Shown piece by piece: positions 39,544-52,593 of a stretch of DNA of 64,000 nt. A model generated the notes under the pieces. That model was not told the DNA's origin, made no database searches, and saw nothing but the letters and a program-made list of their open reading frames with translations. Location of the stretch: the NCBI RefSeq assembly GCF_021869535.1, contig NW_026262648.1, forward strand, positions 1,364,001-1,428,000, given 5' to 3'. Position numbers and translations under genes: made by a program. This stretch comes from Mytilus californianus. Its lineage: Eukaryota. How positions within the stretch are numbered: position 1 is the first letter of the stretch; each line of letters begins with the position of its first letter.

Positions 39544-42500
39544 ATGGTCAAGCGCAAACGAGAAGACAGAGACACGGATTTGAAAGATGCAAGCCAATGT
39601 CACCCCAAAATGGCATCACTTATTGGTGAGTTCACATATAATTTCTTTGATTATGTAAAACTGTCAAATTTGTGCATTCTTGCAGAAGATCGCCAATCGG
39701 TGGTTTTCTCCGATTAAATTGACCGCCATGGTATAGTTGAGGATTCTGAAAGTGGCGTTAAACACCAACAACCAATCAATCAAATATGTAGATACGTTAG
39801 TACATACTCATGTGACGGAATTTTCTTGCATACTTAATATTGATTTTTAACGTCTCGAAGACAATTTCTTCACTTTCCAATTTGTATAAAATACTTTGAA
39901 TAATAAAACAATTATCATGAACATTCAGATAAGTTTTTTGAGAATTTCCGAATAAAGATCACCATTTAGGATTCCTAGATTTTACATGGTGATTCAAAAT
40001 GAATTCGACGAAGAAAAAGTTCATAGAGATAAGTAAATTAATTGTTTCAAAGGCTCCAATTTTAATTGTATAGATAATCGACACCCTTTATTATGATAAC
40101 CGAATGAATCAGTCATATTAAAAAAAAATCGCCTTTTCAGAAAATGTTTTTAAAACATCAGTATTTAGTAGTATACCAAAATAATCTTTAAATTTCTACA
40201 ATTAATAAAGATGATTCTATAAGTAAATTAATTCACAAATAAATAGTTTCTGGTTAAACCAATTTACGTATATATTTTCATTTGCTGTTCAGACCGATTT
40301 TCGACAAAAAAAGTCAAATCCTCTTTTTTATTCTTGTACAGCAAAGACATTTTTTAAACCATGACGGGAATTTTCTTGAGCTTATATAATGATGGTTTTT
40401 CTTTTCTATAAAAGCAATGTTTTACATTTTTATGAATAACGTTTTAAAGACTGTTTAATTGTTTTTAAGTATGTATACCTTAGATATACTTAAACTGAGA
40501 TAGTCTTTCACGTAGGCTTTCGACGATTTTGACTGTCCTTCGATTTTGTGATTTTCTTATATATATCTTTGGACAGAGCTCATCTATTTGAACCCCGGGC
40601 ATATGTAATATCATTTTTTGCTCCCGGAAATGTAAAAAATAACTCACCATGTTTCAGGGATTATATACTAGTATATTTGTAAATCACATGAATGTGAGTA
40701 ATGTCTTTTTAAATGAATTGACTATGTGAAAGGTTATTATCAAACATGGTTATAAGATATTTAAAACTCTGCCAGATTGATAATGTATAATTTTTTAAAA
40801 GCGATTATTTGGTTCGGAAAGTTTTAAAGTGAATGTTCAAAAGCAACAAAGAATTCAAATTTGCAAATTTAGGTAATCGGATATTAAAATACTGGTTGAT
40901 GGATAAAAGAACCACAAGAACACCACTATTGGGCATAGAAAATTGCAGGTTACGCATTTCACTATCTGTTTAATGTGCAATACTCCAGAAAATAAAATAA
41001 TTCGTAAAAAATTATACTAAAACATCATTTTACAAATTCGAAATGAAAGCTGGTGGTAGTGATTATTGTTATTTTGTAATATACTTAAATCAGTTGTCAA
41101 TCAAGGGATGAATCCAGTTAAGTTGACCCGAAGTCACGCCCCCTCTTTAGCCGACATTTTGTCTCGCTTGCAACTACAGTAGGAAAAGTGAGACAAAACG
41201 ATTCTAGTTTCAGCTATCGGCGTCGTTTTGTCATCGGCGTCTCAACATTAAGGTTTATTTTTTGGACTTGTTCACACATCAATAACTTTGTCTTTATTGA
41301 AATTTTCGATACTTGGACAGAAAATTATAGTCGGATGTTAGAGCTTTCTTAAGTCATGTTTATTGTTGATTTTACATATTGTGGACTCTAAGTATAATTT
41401 ACTTCTTACTAACTATATATATACAACTTCATCATGATCAGTAGACAGCCTCTCAAGAACGAATATTAAACATACATTGTATCTTCATTTTCCTTACTTT
41501 ACTGACAAATGTAATCAACCCTTTTCAAGCCCTTTTTAAAAACTTCTCAAAAACTTTTTACTTATCAATAGACTCTGATCTTAATTGACTAATATTGCCA
41601 TTTTTCTGTCGATAGACGGCGAATCTCTCCGGGCATTCCGACCTCTTCTATCAATCTAAACTCTCTGCCACGATATAGCCAAAAGTACTAAAAGTTGCGT
41701 TGAAAACCAACAACCAATCAATCAATTTATAACATCCACATACAGTTGATGTTATTGCAAAAGATTTGTATTTTACAATTGCTGTCAGACATTTATACTT
41801 CATTCTTACCGGAAGTCATATAACTGTCAAAATTAAATTAAAAGTAAATATTTATGTGTGGCTATGTTTTTTTTTAAAGGTATGACATCAAGACTAACAA
41901 CGCCCTCTGTTTTATCAGCAGCGGAAACGGAACTACGAACAGTTATGGACGATTTTGTAACGGTATATGAAAGATTGGACCAAGAAGACAAAGCGGATAA
42001 GAAACCAAATTACTCTTATACTGAAATGATATACCTTTCGATTCTTCGATCACCAAACTTTTGTTTACCGATAACAGAAATATATAAATATATAAAAAAT
42101 AGATTTTCGTACTTCCGGAGTTCTGCTCGGAAACATTGGTGTAATGCTGTCCGCCATAGTCTTTCAAAAACAAAATGTTTCACAAAGATTGCCATTGGTA
42201 GGGGATCAAGTGGCAACCATAATCTCAACCGATCAACTTATTTATGGTGCATAGTTCCAGGAAGCATAGTTAATTTTGCAAGAGGAGACTATCGTCCAAA
42301 CGTAGATACAGAAAGTGGGACAAACACCCTTCGATGGGGATATTTCCGTGTAAATGCGGGACAATTTTGGGATCAGGTAGCTGTGTATTTAGAGAAGAAA
42401 ATGGAAATTTTTCAGCAAATGATACTTGCAACTCAGTCACCTGGAAAAGTGTTGGAGGCACAAGCTTGTTTTATCCCAGGTTTAGCATCGACTGTTCACA

Positions 42501-43441
42501 TTATGAATTCATCACAGACCAACACACCAACAATTGTTACTAACCAAGAATCAGCGGATAATCCCTTTGTTACAAAACAAGATATACCAACACGTACTGT
42601 TCATTATGGACCGAATTTATCTGATAGTGGAATTTTAGACCAAAGCCTACCAAAAGTGCCGAGACGGATAGGTAATAACAGTAGAGACAGTGGAAATGAA
42701 AGCTTTTCTGACTCAAGCCCAGAGGAAAAACGACAGAAACAAAATAGTTTGCCAAACAAAGGATGTGGATTGAATGCTTCGTATTTAACAGTCAATTCAT
42801 CGATACTCGACGATACACGGAAAACTCCAGAGCTTCCCGATTTGGGACATGTCAGTCCTTTATCGATTTCACCGTCATTATCGCCGATAACAGGAAATGT
42901 AACTTATAACAATGAGACATTTGCAGGATCTTCATTTTCATCCACATTTCCATCGATTCCAGCATCGTTTGCGTCGACACCAGTTGTCACTTCGTTTTCA
43001 CAGCAGCGTTTTTCTCAAGCTCAATCTGTGTACACACACTCATTTTCACCACCACTGTTTCCTTCATTATCGCCGCCAACATTTCAAGTTTCAATGGAGA
43101 GTCCTACTTGCTATCCACAGTTTGCCCAAACAAATTCTAAACCACTGACATTGCCCTATTTACAATCATCAATGAATAGCCCAATGAACACTCAACATAA
43201 TATGTTTTTACCACGTGCTTATTCGCAACCGCCATTGTATATTCCACATCAAGTACCAGCCGGAAGCTACGATTTTGGACAATTTCCGGTACCTCCTATA
43301 TCTCATACACCATATCAGTATGATTCGTACGGATGTCAATCATCTGAAAATCAGATAAACTATTTGCAGTTGTCCTCACAGAATAAGTTCGAGCAGTGTT
43401 CTGGGCAAACATTAGCTTCAGTTAATTGGAATGCAACTTGA
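39544..43441 (+). CDS. Divergent forkhead-box (Fox) transcription factor, 2 coding exons, 547 aa
   Basis: join(39544-39625,41880-43441). The ATG is in a GCCATGG context, the phase-1 junction is GTGAGT..TTTAAAG, and the total is 1644 nt. Forkhead domain: KPNYSYTEMIYLSILRS..IYKYIKNRFSYF..WCNAVRHSLSKTKCFTK..YLW. N-terminal KRKR and an S/P/Q-rich C-terminus. Subfamily not assignable by eye. Confidence 0.88.
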
Positions 43442-44954
43442 CATACAAGACAGGAAACCCAAAACACGTTATAGTGCTAAGTTTTAGTTATGTTATGAAT
43501 TTTATTTGTAAATAGAATTTTTATGGATCGAAAATGTTTTATGGAAAGAAGTTTTTATATACTATACATTTGGTGTACATGTACTAATTCAATTTTATGT
43601 ATTATAGTGTACATTTTATATACAGTGTACGTGTACTACAAGTTGTTTTAACGTCTTAATGCCATTAAACAATTTCAGCTCATTTTTATTTGTTTTATTC
43701 ATTTTCTAAACGGAAACAGTGCTTTTGAGATAAAGGTTATTTTGCATTGATATAATAAACCTAAAATAGAGAAATCAGAGGGCTGTCCTGGCTAAGGACA
43801 GGGTTTCTGCACACAAACAATTCCTTTAAAGGTGTGAAATAGATAAAGTTACTATCCGATGGCTTAACTATATACACATACTTTATGTCTTATTCCACAA
43901 AGTTAAAATATAAAAGTAGATTGGCCTTGATATAAATAATGAGATGTGGTATGAAAATCAAAGGACAAATGCATGAACAATTATAGGTCACTGTATATAC
44001 AGTCTTCAACAATGAGCAAAACCCACAAAGAATAGTAAGCCATGAAAGGCCCGTGTATGACAAAATGTGAACTTATTCAAAAGAGAAAACCAAAAGCATA
44101 ATTCCTTGTCTCGCCTTAACGGAGTCAAAAAGCGAAACTTGCGTATGCTGTTTCGGTGGCGACGACGTCAACAATTTAGAATATGTCTTTTTAAGGGGAG
44201 CAACTGATGGTTAATGTATGATATTTGATATACAGTTGTATAAGCATTAATACATCTCATTTCCATGGATATTATATTGCCCTGTCCCCTCAGTCATGGT
44301 CCATTGACTTTGAAACTAGCATAGCTTACATGTTAAAGTTTGTGATAAGGCAAGTTTAAGGGGAACCACTTACAATAGTAAAATGATATTTTTTATACAG
44401 TTATATTAATGCTCTCGAGACAGGATTAAAGTTTTTTGTAAGTTTTTTTTCTCTGTGACTATATATATCTCATCTGTTAACATATATCGATATACCAGAT
44501 GCAACAGATAAAAACATGCAGATCTAAATAGTACTTGCCACAATGGTAAAACCCGAGGGCAAAATCCTTTGTATTGCTATGCTGGCAATCGGACCCGGAA
44601 AAAAAATGTTTAATGGCAATAGGGAACACAGGTCTTCTTGTTTCTGTCGTAGCTATATCCGGGAAAAGTGTGTGATATATGTAGAATTAAGCAATATTTG
44701 ATATTTGAATTTGCTGGAACGAAAATAACAAAGATACCACGAGGAAGGGATTCATATCAGAATATATGCAAAGAATAACGAATTAACACCAAAAACAAAA
44801 ACCACTTGACACCACAGCATGCCACACCAACCACAAACACTCGATTCCTCCTTTAAAACAAGTAAAAGGACCAATAACACACGAACATATGTTGATAAAG
44901 GACAGAAAACATTATAGCATAAAAAACCATAAGACAAACAAGAGACCCGACATA

Positions 44955-45622
44955 AACCGCGGGGAAATCCAATGCTCCGTTAAGTCAGAAGTTCCTGCTC
45001 CAATAATGATACCCTACAAAAACCCATGGGAAAATCAAATGCTCCGTTAGGTCAGCAGTTCCTGCTCCAATAGTGATACCCGACAAAAACTGTGGGAAGG
45101 GGGGATCCAATGCTCCGTTAAGTCAGAAGTTCCTGCTCCAATAGTGATAACCTACAAAAACCCATGGGGAAATCAAATGCTCCGTTAGGTCAGCAGTTCC
45201 TGCTCCAATAGTGATACCCTACAAAAAAACCATGGGGAAATCCAATGCTCCGTTAAGTCGAAAGTTCCTGCTCCAATAGTGATACCATACAAAAACCCAT
45301 GGGGAAATCCAATGCTCCCTTAAGTAAGATGTTCCTGCTTCAATAGTGATACCCTACAAAGCCCGTGGGGAAATCCAACGCTCCGTTAAGTCAGAAGTTC
45401 CAGCTCCAATAGTGATACCCTACAAAACCCATGGGGAAATTCAATGCTCCCTTAAGTCAGAAGTTCCTGCTCCAATAGTGATACCCTACAAAACCCATGG
45501 GGAAATCCAATGCTTGGTTAAGTCAGAAATTCGTGCTCCAATAGTGATACCCTACAAAACCCATGGGGAAATCCAATGCTCCGTTAAGTCAGAAGTTCCT
45601 GCTCCAATAGTGATACCCTACT
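44955..45622 (+). repeat. 66-bp minisatellite, ~10 copies
   Basis: GTGATACC recurs at 45412, 45478, 45544 and 45610 (period 66). Earlier copies carry small indels. Confidence 0.9.
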
Positions 45623-46432
45623 CTCAAGTTTTGTTTAACTATGATAAGTTGTTAACTGTGATAACTGCTGTCCCCTAACATGATACCTACACTCAATCGA
45701 TTAGATTTTAGACAGATTTACAAGCTAAGAATCCTTCATGAAAATAAAATATCGAACGCAAATTTCTTCCAAACAGTCATTGCAAGTGTAGTTGCAATGT
45801 CAGATTATCCTCCTACCCATCCCCACTCAAAATATCAAATGATTGTCCCCAAACGATCAGGTTTTTTTCATAAAGGAATGTGACTTTCTGTCAGACATCG
45901 TTCAGATTTTTCCACATCAAGGATTTATGTAGTATATAAACAGAGGCGGATTTATGGGGACAAGCGCCGCTCTCCTTATGGAGTTTCATACATGTATATG
46001 ATAAATGCATAGACTTTTTCAAAGTATCACTCCAAAAGTTGCCTTGTCCCCCCTTCTTCCTTTTTTTCAAAATCCTGGAACCGAACCTGATAAATCCTTG
46101 ATCACGTCAGTTTTTTTTAGTAACTACTCGATTCTATTATGTAATGTGTCTACCAAGAAGTCATTGATACCTGTTACCCCGTTTGCAGAAAGGTTTTATT
46201 CGTTTGCTCTTAATTTTTTGATTTATTAGGAAATTTGCGTTTGATATTTATGTCAGGGGGCAGCACTCGTCAGTCTATGAGGAATTATCGTTGAATAAAT
46301 GCACCAACCCGAATGACAGAGTTATCTCCCATTTCGTCTATGTTATTTTAGACAGATTTACAAGTTAAGAATCCTTCATGAAAATAAAATATCAAACGCA
46401 AATTTCTTCCAAACAGTCATTTCAATTTTTAA

Positions 46433-47587
46433 CCTATTTTGAATGATAGTTTCATTGACAGTGATATTTTAAGGAAATGTTGATCAAAGTATTTAAAATT
46501 CCCACAATATATGCATGACGTTTGCCAGTCACGTTGCTTTCGCCGGAAAATTTGAATATTTTGACCTGAATGAAACGATAGCCGAGTAAGGGTGTCGTTG
46601 ATCGGAAAATCAATGCATGCTTCTGATAGAAGAATCATTTAGGAAGGAAATGAGTGTCTTTGTAAGGTATAAAGTGACATAGAAACATTTTTAATTATTT
46701 TTTATGTGAGGAGGTATAAGCTATTCAAAATGGCGACTTAGATCCCTTTAGGATTTTTCAGTATACGGATGTGGATAGTAAACTGCACATTGCTAGAAAA
46801 CAAAGAAATATTTATGCCAACGTTAAAAACGTTAATAATGTAATACAAATAGACAGGAAATACGAAAAAAGATTTGAAAAACATTGATGAACAAAGTTTT
46901 TAAATGCTAACCGAGTCCGTGTAAAAAAGGGATATCTTTATTCTTAATCCCATATAAGATGATGGAAAATGCAACACTAAGACTAAATATCATGATAAAA
47001 AATAATCCGAAATATAAAACATACACGAACTGAGAAAAAAGAATTAATTTTTACAAAAAAATGTGATAATAAAAATTTGTACGAAGGACTTTTTTTGTCG
47101 TCGTGCTTTTCCTTTTCACTACATGTATATATAAAGACAGTATAGGTATTTTCACTTCTATAACAGAAGGATCTATATACTAAGTAAACATTTCAATGAA
47201 ACAAGCACAACATTTATTCCGATAGGGGAAACAAGAATTAAAAGGTTCATTTCCTATGCATTTCCAAAATTATCCTCACAAACTAAGCTAAAAGAAAAAT
47301 ACATTTGATATAATAAAATAAAAAGAGTGAATGTCGAGTTGGCGAAGTGGTATCCCTGCTGCCGAGCCGAGACTCAACAGACAAGGATAGAACTAGCTGC
47401 TTTTGGCTCAGTAGTAAGTAGTCATTTATCCACTACGCTACGGCTCACCCGATATCTAATAGGATATTAGGTACATACGCATGTGTAATTATCGTCATGC
47501 ATATATTGTGGGAATTTTAAATACTTAGTACTGTGATCAACATTTCCTTAAAATATCACTGTTAACGAAACTATCATTCAAAATTGG
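46433..47587. mobile_element. piggyBac-like non-autonomous element, 1155 bp, ~88-bp TIRs, TTAA both sides
   Basis: TTAA|CCTATTTTGAATGATAG..GCATGACG at 46429-46520 is the inverted counterpart of CGTCATGC..CATTCAAAATTGG|TTAA ending at 47591. The CC..GG termini with TTAA are piggyBac-like, but the superfamily call is inferred. Confidence 0.5.
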
Positions 47588-48075
47588 TTAAAAATTCTTG
47601 ATAAAAATCTAACTAAGGGAGTATAAGATTCGATCCCATATCCTCTATATTGTAGGGCCAACGTGTTAACCGCTCGACTATTAAAGAATGTAAACTTATT
47701 ATTTAGAAATTGAGGCTATTTATACATCATGATCAATGATTTTGTTTAACACATGAGTACACGTACGCTGAAGAGTATATGAGAAATGACTTATTATTTA
47801 TTTTTTCTCTGCAGAGCAGAGAAAGGTATTTGTTAACAACAACAACAATATTGATACACGACAAGACTAAAAAGAATTATTAAATGCCGTGTCGTCGAGT
47901 TTTTCGTATGCTTTTGCACGCCTTGTATCAGCTCGCGATCCATCCTGTGAAAAATGGGTATCTTTATTCTTTATCCCATATATGATGATGTATAATGCAA
48001 CACTAAGACTAAAGATCATGATAAAAATTAATCCGAAATATAAAACATACACGAACTGAGAAAAAAGAATTAATT
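47588..48075 (-). repeat. Inverted partial copy of the 1.05-kb array unit
   Basis: Reverse complement of the second half of the units at 52617-55766. Confidence 0.85.
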
Positions 48076-48329
48076 TCTGCTACGAAAAACTCGTATCCTA
48101 GTAGAAGGCGAGCACTTTTATTTTATTTCTTCTAGAATATAGTTAAAGCAAATACTTAAAGCAAGTAAAGTTTCGGTCTTGAAATTCATACAAATACTAG
48201 TAACTTTTTATTTTATTTTTTATTCTAATTTCTTTTTCTATCTGTTCTGCAATTCACCAACCCCTGTGCAATTTTAGATGTTAATTCAAAATTTAGATTT
48301 TAATCATGTGTATTAAAGTATCAAAGCAA

Positions 48330-51300
48330 TTATCTATCAGCTCCTGGAATGTTAATGGAATGTTTAAAAGAATATGTGGTAACAGAGTTTGTTAACTAGA
48401 TGATAATATTATTTGTCAAATTATGACTGCAGATATTGTTTGTTTTTCAGAAACACATATCCCCTCCAAAGAGATTTTAAACTATGATGGTTATAAATGA
48501 TTTGTAAACTGTAGGTCGTCTGATTCAAATAAGGTTAGAGGTGGTTTAGCTACTTTTTTTAAGAAGGAAATATTATCAGGTGTAAAGTTGATGGATAAAT
48601 CCATAGATAATATAATGTGGTTCAAACTAGACAAGAATTTTTTCAGTTTTGATAGAAATGTATATTTATGTTTCCTATATATTCCCCCTTCCAACTCATC
48701 TTACACGTTAAGAACAAATTTTGACAAACAAATTTTTGACAAACTTGAAACTGATATCGCTAAATATAGTATATCAGGGGACGTTATCCTCATGGGAGAT
48801 CTAAATGCACATATTAACTGTAAAGAGTTAGATTTCATAACAAATGAAGTAGATGACAGTTTAGACAACTTTCTTCCCACTAATTATGTCGCAGATAGTG
48901 TATGCAAATTTAGAAATACTCAAGTACACCAAAAAACTAATAACTATGGAAAACTTATACTTGACTTATGCACAGAATCTCAATTAAGAATCCTTAACGA
49001 AAGAACACTTGGTGATTCGAAAGGTAAAATCACTTTCTATAATCATAATGGTGTGTCTATTGATGACTATTGCTTATGCTCATCTGAATTTTTACCAAAT
49101 ATTGTCAATTTTAGTGTAGGTCAATATGAACCAACAATCTCTGATCACTGTCCAATTTCAATAACAATACTATCTCAAATAGTAAAGGAGCCATTGAATA
49201 ATCATGTAAAGCCTACTCTTAGAAGAGTTAAATGGACTATTAAACGAGAAGAAATTTTTAAGTCTAATTAAACTTTAAAACTATTAACTCTGAATTAGAT
49301 AATTTAACCCAAAAAAATGGATGCAAATAATGCACTTGATTCCACTTTAGCTCAAAGTGTAAATGACACAGTCTCAAAATAAAGTCATAAGGAAAAAATA
49401 TAGACAATTTAGACATAAAATGATAACACAGATTATAGATTCAAATAATAGCTGTTCAGATGATTTTTGGAAAACTATTACAAAACTAAAAAAAGGAGAA
49501 CTTCAAGGATCCTAGCTCTAACATACAACCTAAAGAATGGTTTGAATATTTTAATAAATTAATGAATATTGATTATGATAAAAATGCACTTAACGATCAG
49601 AAAATTTATACTGATTTTAATGATTGTAATACTGAGATTTTAAACAGTTATATTACAACTGAGGAGGTGGTTGTTGCAGCTAAATCTTTAAAGAATAATA
49701 AAGCAAGTGGTTCTGATTGTATTACAAATGAAATGTTGCAAATATCTCGTAATATGAATATTGATGTTTATGTAAAATTGTTTAATCTTATTCTTAAGTC
49801 TGGTATTTACCCAACTTTTATTAAGCCCATTTTTAAGGGTTGGTGTTTTAATGATCCATCTAATTATCGAAGTATAGCCCTTTCAAGTTGATTAGGAAAA
49901 TTCTTTCTTAAAGTTTTATATAATAGATTAGAAAAATATCTTGAAGGAAATACAATTATTTGTCGTGAGCAAATTGGATTTAGAAAGGGAAGTCGAACAA
50001 GTGATCATGTTTTGACTCTTAAAAGTATTATTGATAAGGCATTTAAATCATCAAAAAAGATATATGCTTGTTTTATAGATTTCAGGAAGGCATTTGATAC
50101 TATTAACAGGGAGGCTCTCTTTTAAAAATTGTCTTGTTACAACACAGATGGCCTCTTCTTCTGTATATTAATGAGAGATATGTATAAAGAGGTTTTGTAC
50201 TCCGTGAAGATCTCTGAAGGTGTCACTGATTTTTTTAATTCCACAGTTGGGGTAAAACAAGGGTGTATTTTAAGTCCCACATTATTTTCTTTATATATTA
50301 ATGATTTACCCCCTATTTTTGACTCCACATGTGATCCGCCCAAGTTAGATGATAATGATATTTTATGTTTGTTATATGCTGATGATTTAGTTCTTATTTC
50401 TGAATTTGCTAATGGCCTACAAAAATGCCTTGATAAGCTAAGTTTATATTGCACTAGTTGGGATTTAACAGTAAATCTTGACAAAACCTAAATTATGATT
50501 TTTAACAAATAAACTTCTTTGTAAAAAAGCCTCAAAAGCTATATTTTGTATCAGAAAACTGTTATTTTCTGAAGATATTAATGTTTTATCTCACCTCAAG
50601 CTTTTTGATGCTTGTGTTAAACCTATACTTCTGTATTGTAGTGAAGTTTGGTCTCTTTATATGATTAAAGATATTACAAATCTAGATTCAAAATATAAGT
50701 CATTGGCTACCAATAAAATTCAGATTAAATTTGCAAAAACTTTAATTGGAGTAAATAAAACAGCTGTTAATTTAGCAGTACTAGCTGAACTTGGTATGTA
50801 TCCAGTTTTTATATAAGCATTAAAACTGTCAATTGGCTTCTGGTTGCATGTGATACAATCTGGTGATAATTGCTTACTTAAAGATGTATATAGTTCAAAC
50901 CTGCAATTAACCAATGGATTTGCGAAAAAGATTGAACAGCTACTTGCTACATTAAATTTTTCAAATGTTTGGAAAAATCATGATACTATTTCAAAAAGGC
51001 GTTTATTATATGCACTTCATACCAAATTTAATGATAGATACCTGAATTATTGGAAAGAAAATATTTTTTGTGATGATAAAAATCATTGCACGGTAATAAG
51101 CTCAGAACATATAGTCAGCTTAAAGAAAATTACAAATTGGAAACCTATTTATTGTTAAATATTGACAGAAAAGTAATAGAACATTTTGGCAAAATTCGCA
51201 TAAGTAATAGTGTTCTTAAAATTGAACAAGGACGACACACTAAAACACCTGTAGAAGAAAGAATTTGTCCCTTGTGTCTTTTAGAAGTAGAAGATGAATT

Positions 51301-52593
51301 TCATTTCACTATAATATGTAAACTAGAGGCTCTCACGAGCCTGTGTCGCTCACCTGTATTTACTGATGCTTTTGAAATCATGTAAAATAAGGTTAAAATC
51401 ATAATTAACAGTATTGGATATTAGATATTATAATGATATCTAAGATAATAACAAAAAACTGCAAAATTTTTGTAAAATTACTAACTCAGGGGCAGCAACC
51501 CAACAACGGGTTGTCGGATTCGTCTGAAAATTTCAGGGCAGATACATCTAAATCTGATGAACATTTTTGCTACCTGTCAGATTTGCTCTAAATGCTTTAG
51601 TTTCAGGGATATAAACCAAAAACTGCATTTTACCCCTATGTTCTATTTTTAACCAAGTCAGCCATGATGGTTGGAATGCGGGGTCATCGGACAAATTTTT
51701 TAAACTAGATACCCTAATAATGATTATAGCCAAGTATGGTTAAATTTGTCTCAGTAGTTTCAGAGAAGAAGATTTTTGTAAAAGATTACAAAAATTTACC
51801 AAAAATTGTTAAAAATTGACTATTAAGGGCAATAACTCCTAAAGGGGTCGACTGACAATTTTGGTCATGACAACTTATTTGTAGATCTTACTTTGCTGAA
51901 CATTATTGCTGTTTACAGTTTATCTCTATCTATAATAATATTCAAGATAATAACCAAAAACGGCAAAATTTCCTTAAAATTACCAACTCAGGGGCAGCAA
52001 CCCAACAACGGATTGTCAGATTTGTCTGAATATTTCAGGGCAGATAGATCTTGACCTGATAATCAGTTTTACCCTATGTCAGATTTACTCTAAATGCTTT
52101 GGTTTCAGAGATATAAGCCAAAATCTACATTTTACCCCTATGTTCTATTTTTAGCCACGGCGGCCATCTTGGTTGGTTGGCTGGGTCATCGGACACATTT
52201 TTTAAACTAGATACTTGAATGATGATTGTGTTTAAGTTTGGGTGCATTTGGCCCAGTAGTTTCAGAGGAGAAGATTTTTGTAAAAGTTTACGGACGACGG
52301 ACGACGGACGACGGACGCAGGACGACGGACGACGGACGCAGGACGACGGACGACGGACGCAAAGTGATGAGAAAAGCTCACTTGACCTTTCAGGTCAGGT
52401 GAGCTAAAAACTAAATACAATTAGAGAACAATTATTTTCCAAAATTAGTGAAATAGTTCCCTCTTTTTTAAATATGACTAATGAAGCAAGATTTAAATTT
52501 TTGTATACCTGTGGTGAGACTGATATAATTAAAACTATTGTAAAATTAATAAGCACCATGTATAATTCTAGAAATGCTTTATTGAGTACTTAA
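48330..52593 (+). mobile_element. Decayed non-LTR retrotransposon (APE + RT ORF2; RTE-X/CR1-like)
   Basis: APE: ISSWNVNG (48336), ETH, MGDLNA, IDDYCL, SDHCP. RT: GVKQGCILSPTLFSLYINDL, LLYADDLVL. C-terminal KIEQGRH..ERICPLC..EDEFHF..C. The reading frame resumes after the 51321-52410 insertion and ends at TAA 52591-52593. Multiple stops and frameshifts. Confidence 0.88.
51321..52410 (+). mobile_element. HINE/Helentron-like element inserted in the LINE
   Basis: Sub-TIR GCTCACCTG (51348) / CAGGTGAGC (52396), 3' hairpin at 52376-52404, a (GACG)n microsatellite at ~52284-52340, and a ~500-bp internal duplication. Inserted in an A-run with no clear TSD. Confidence 0.78.
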
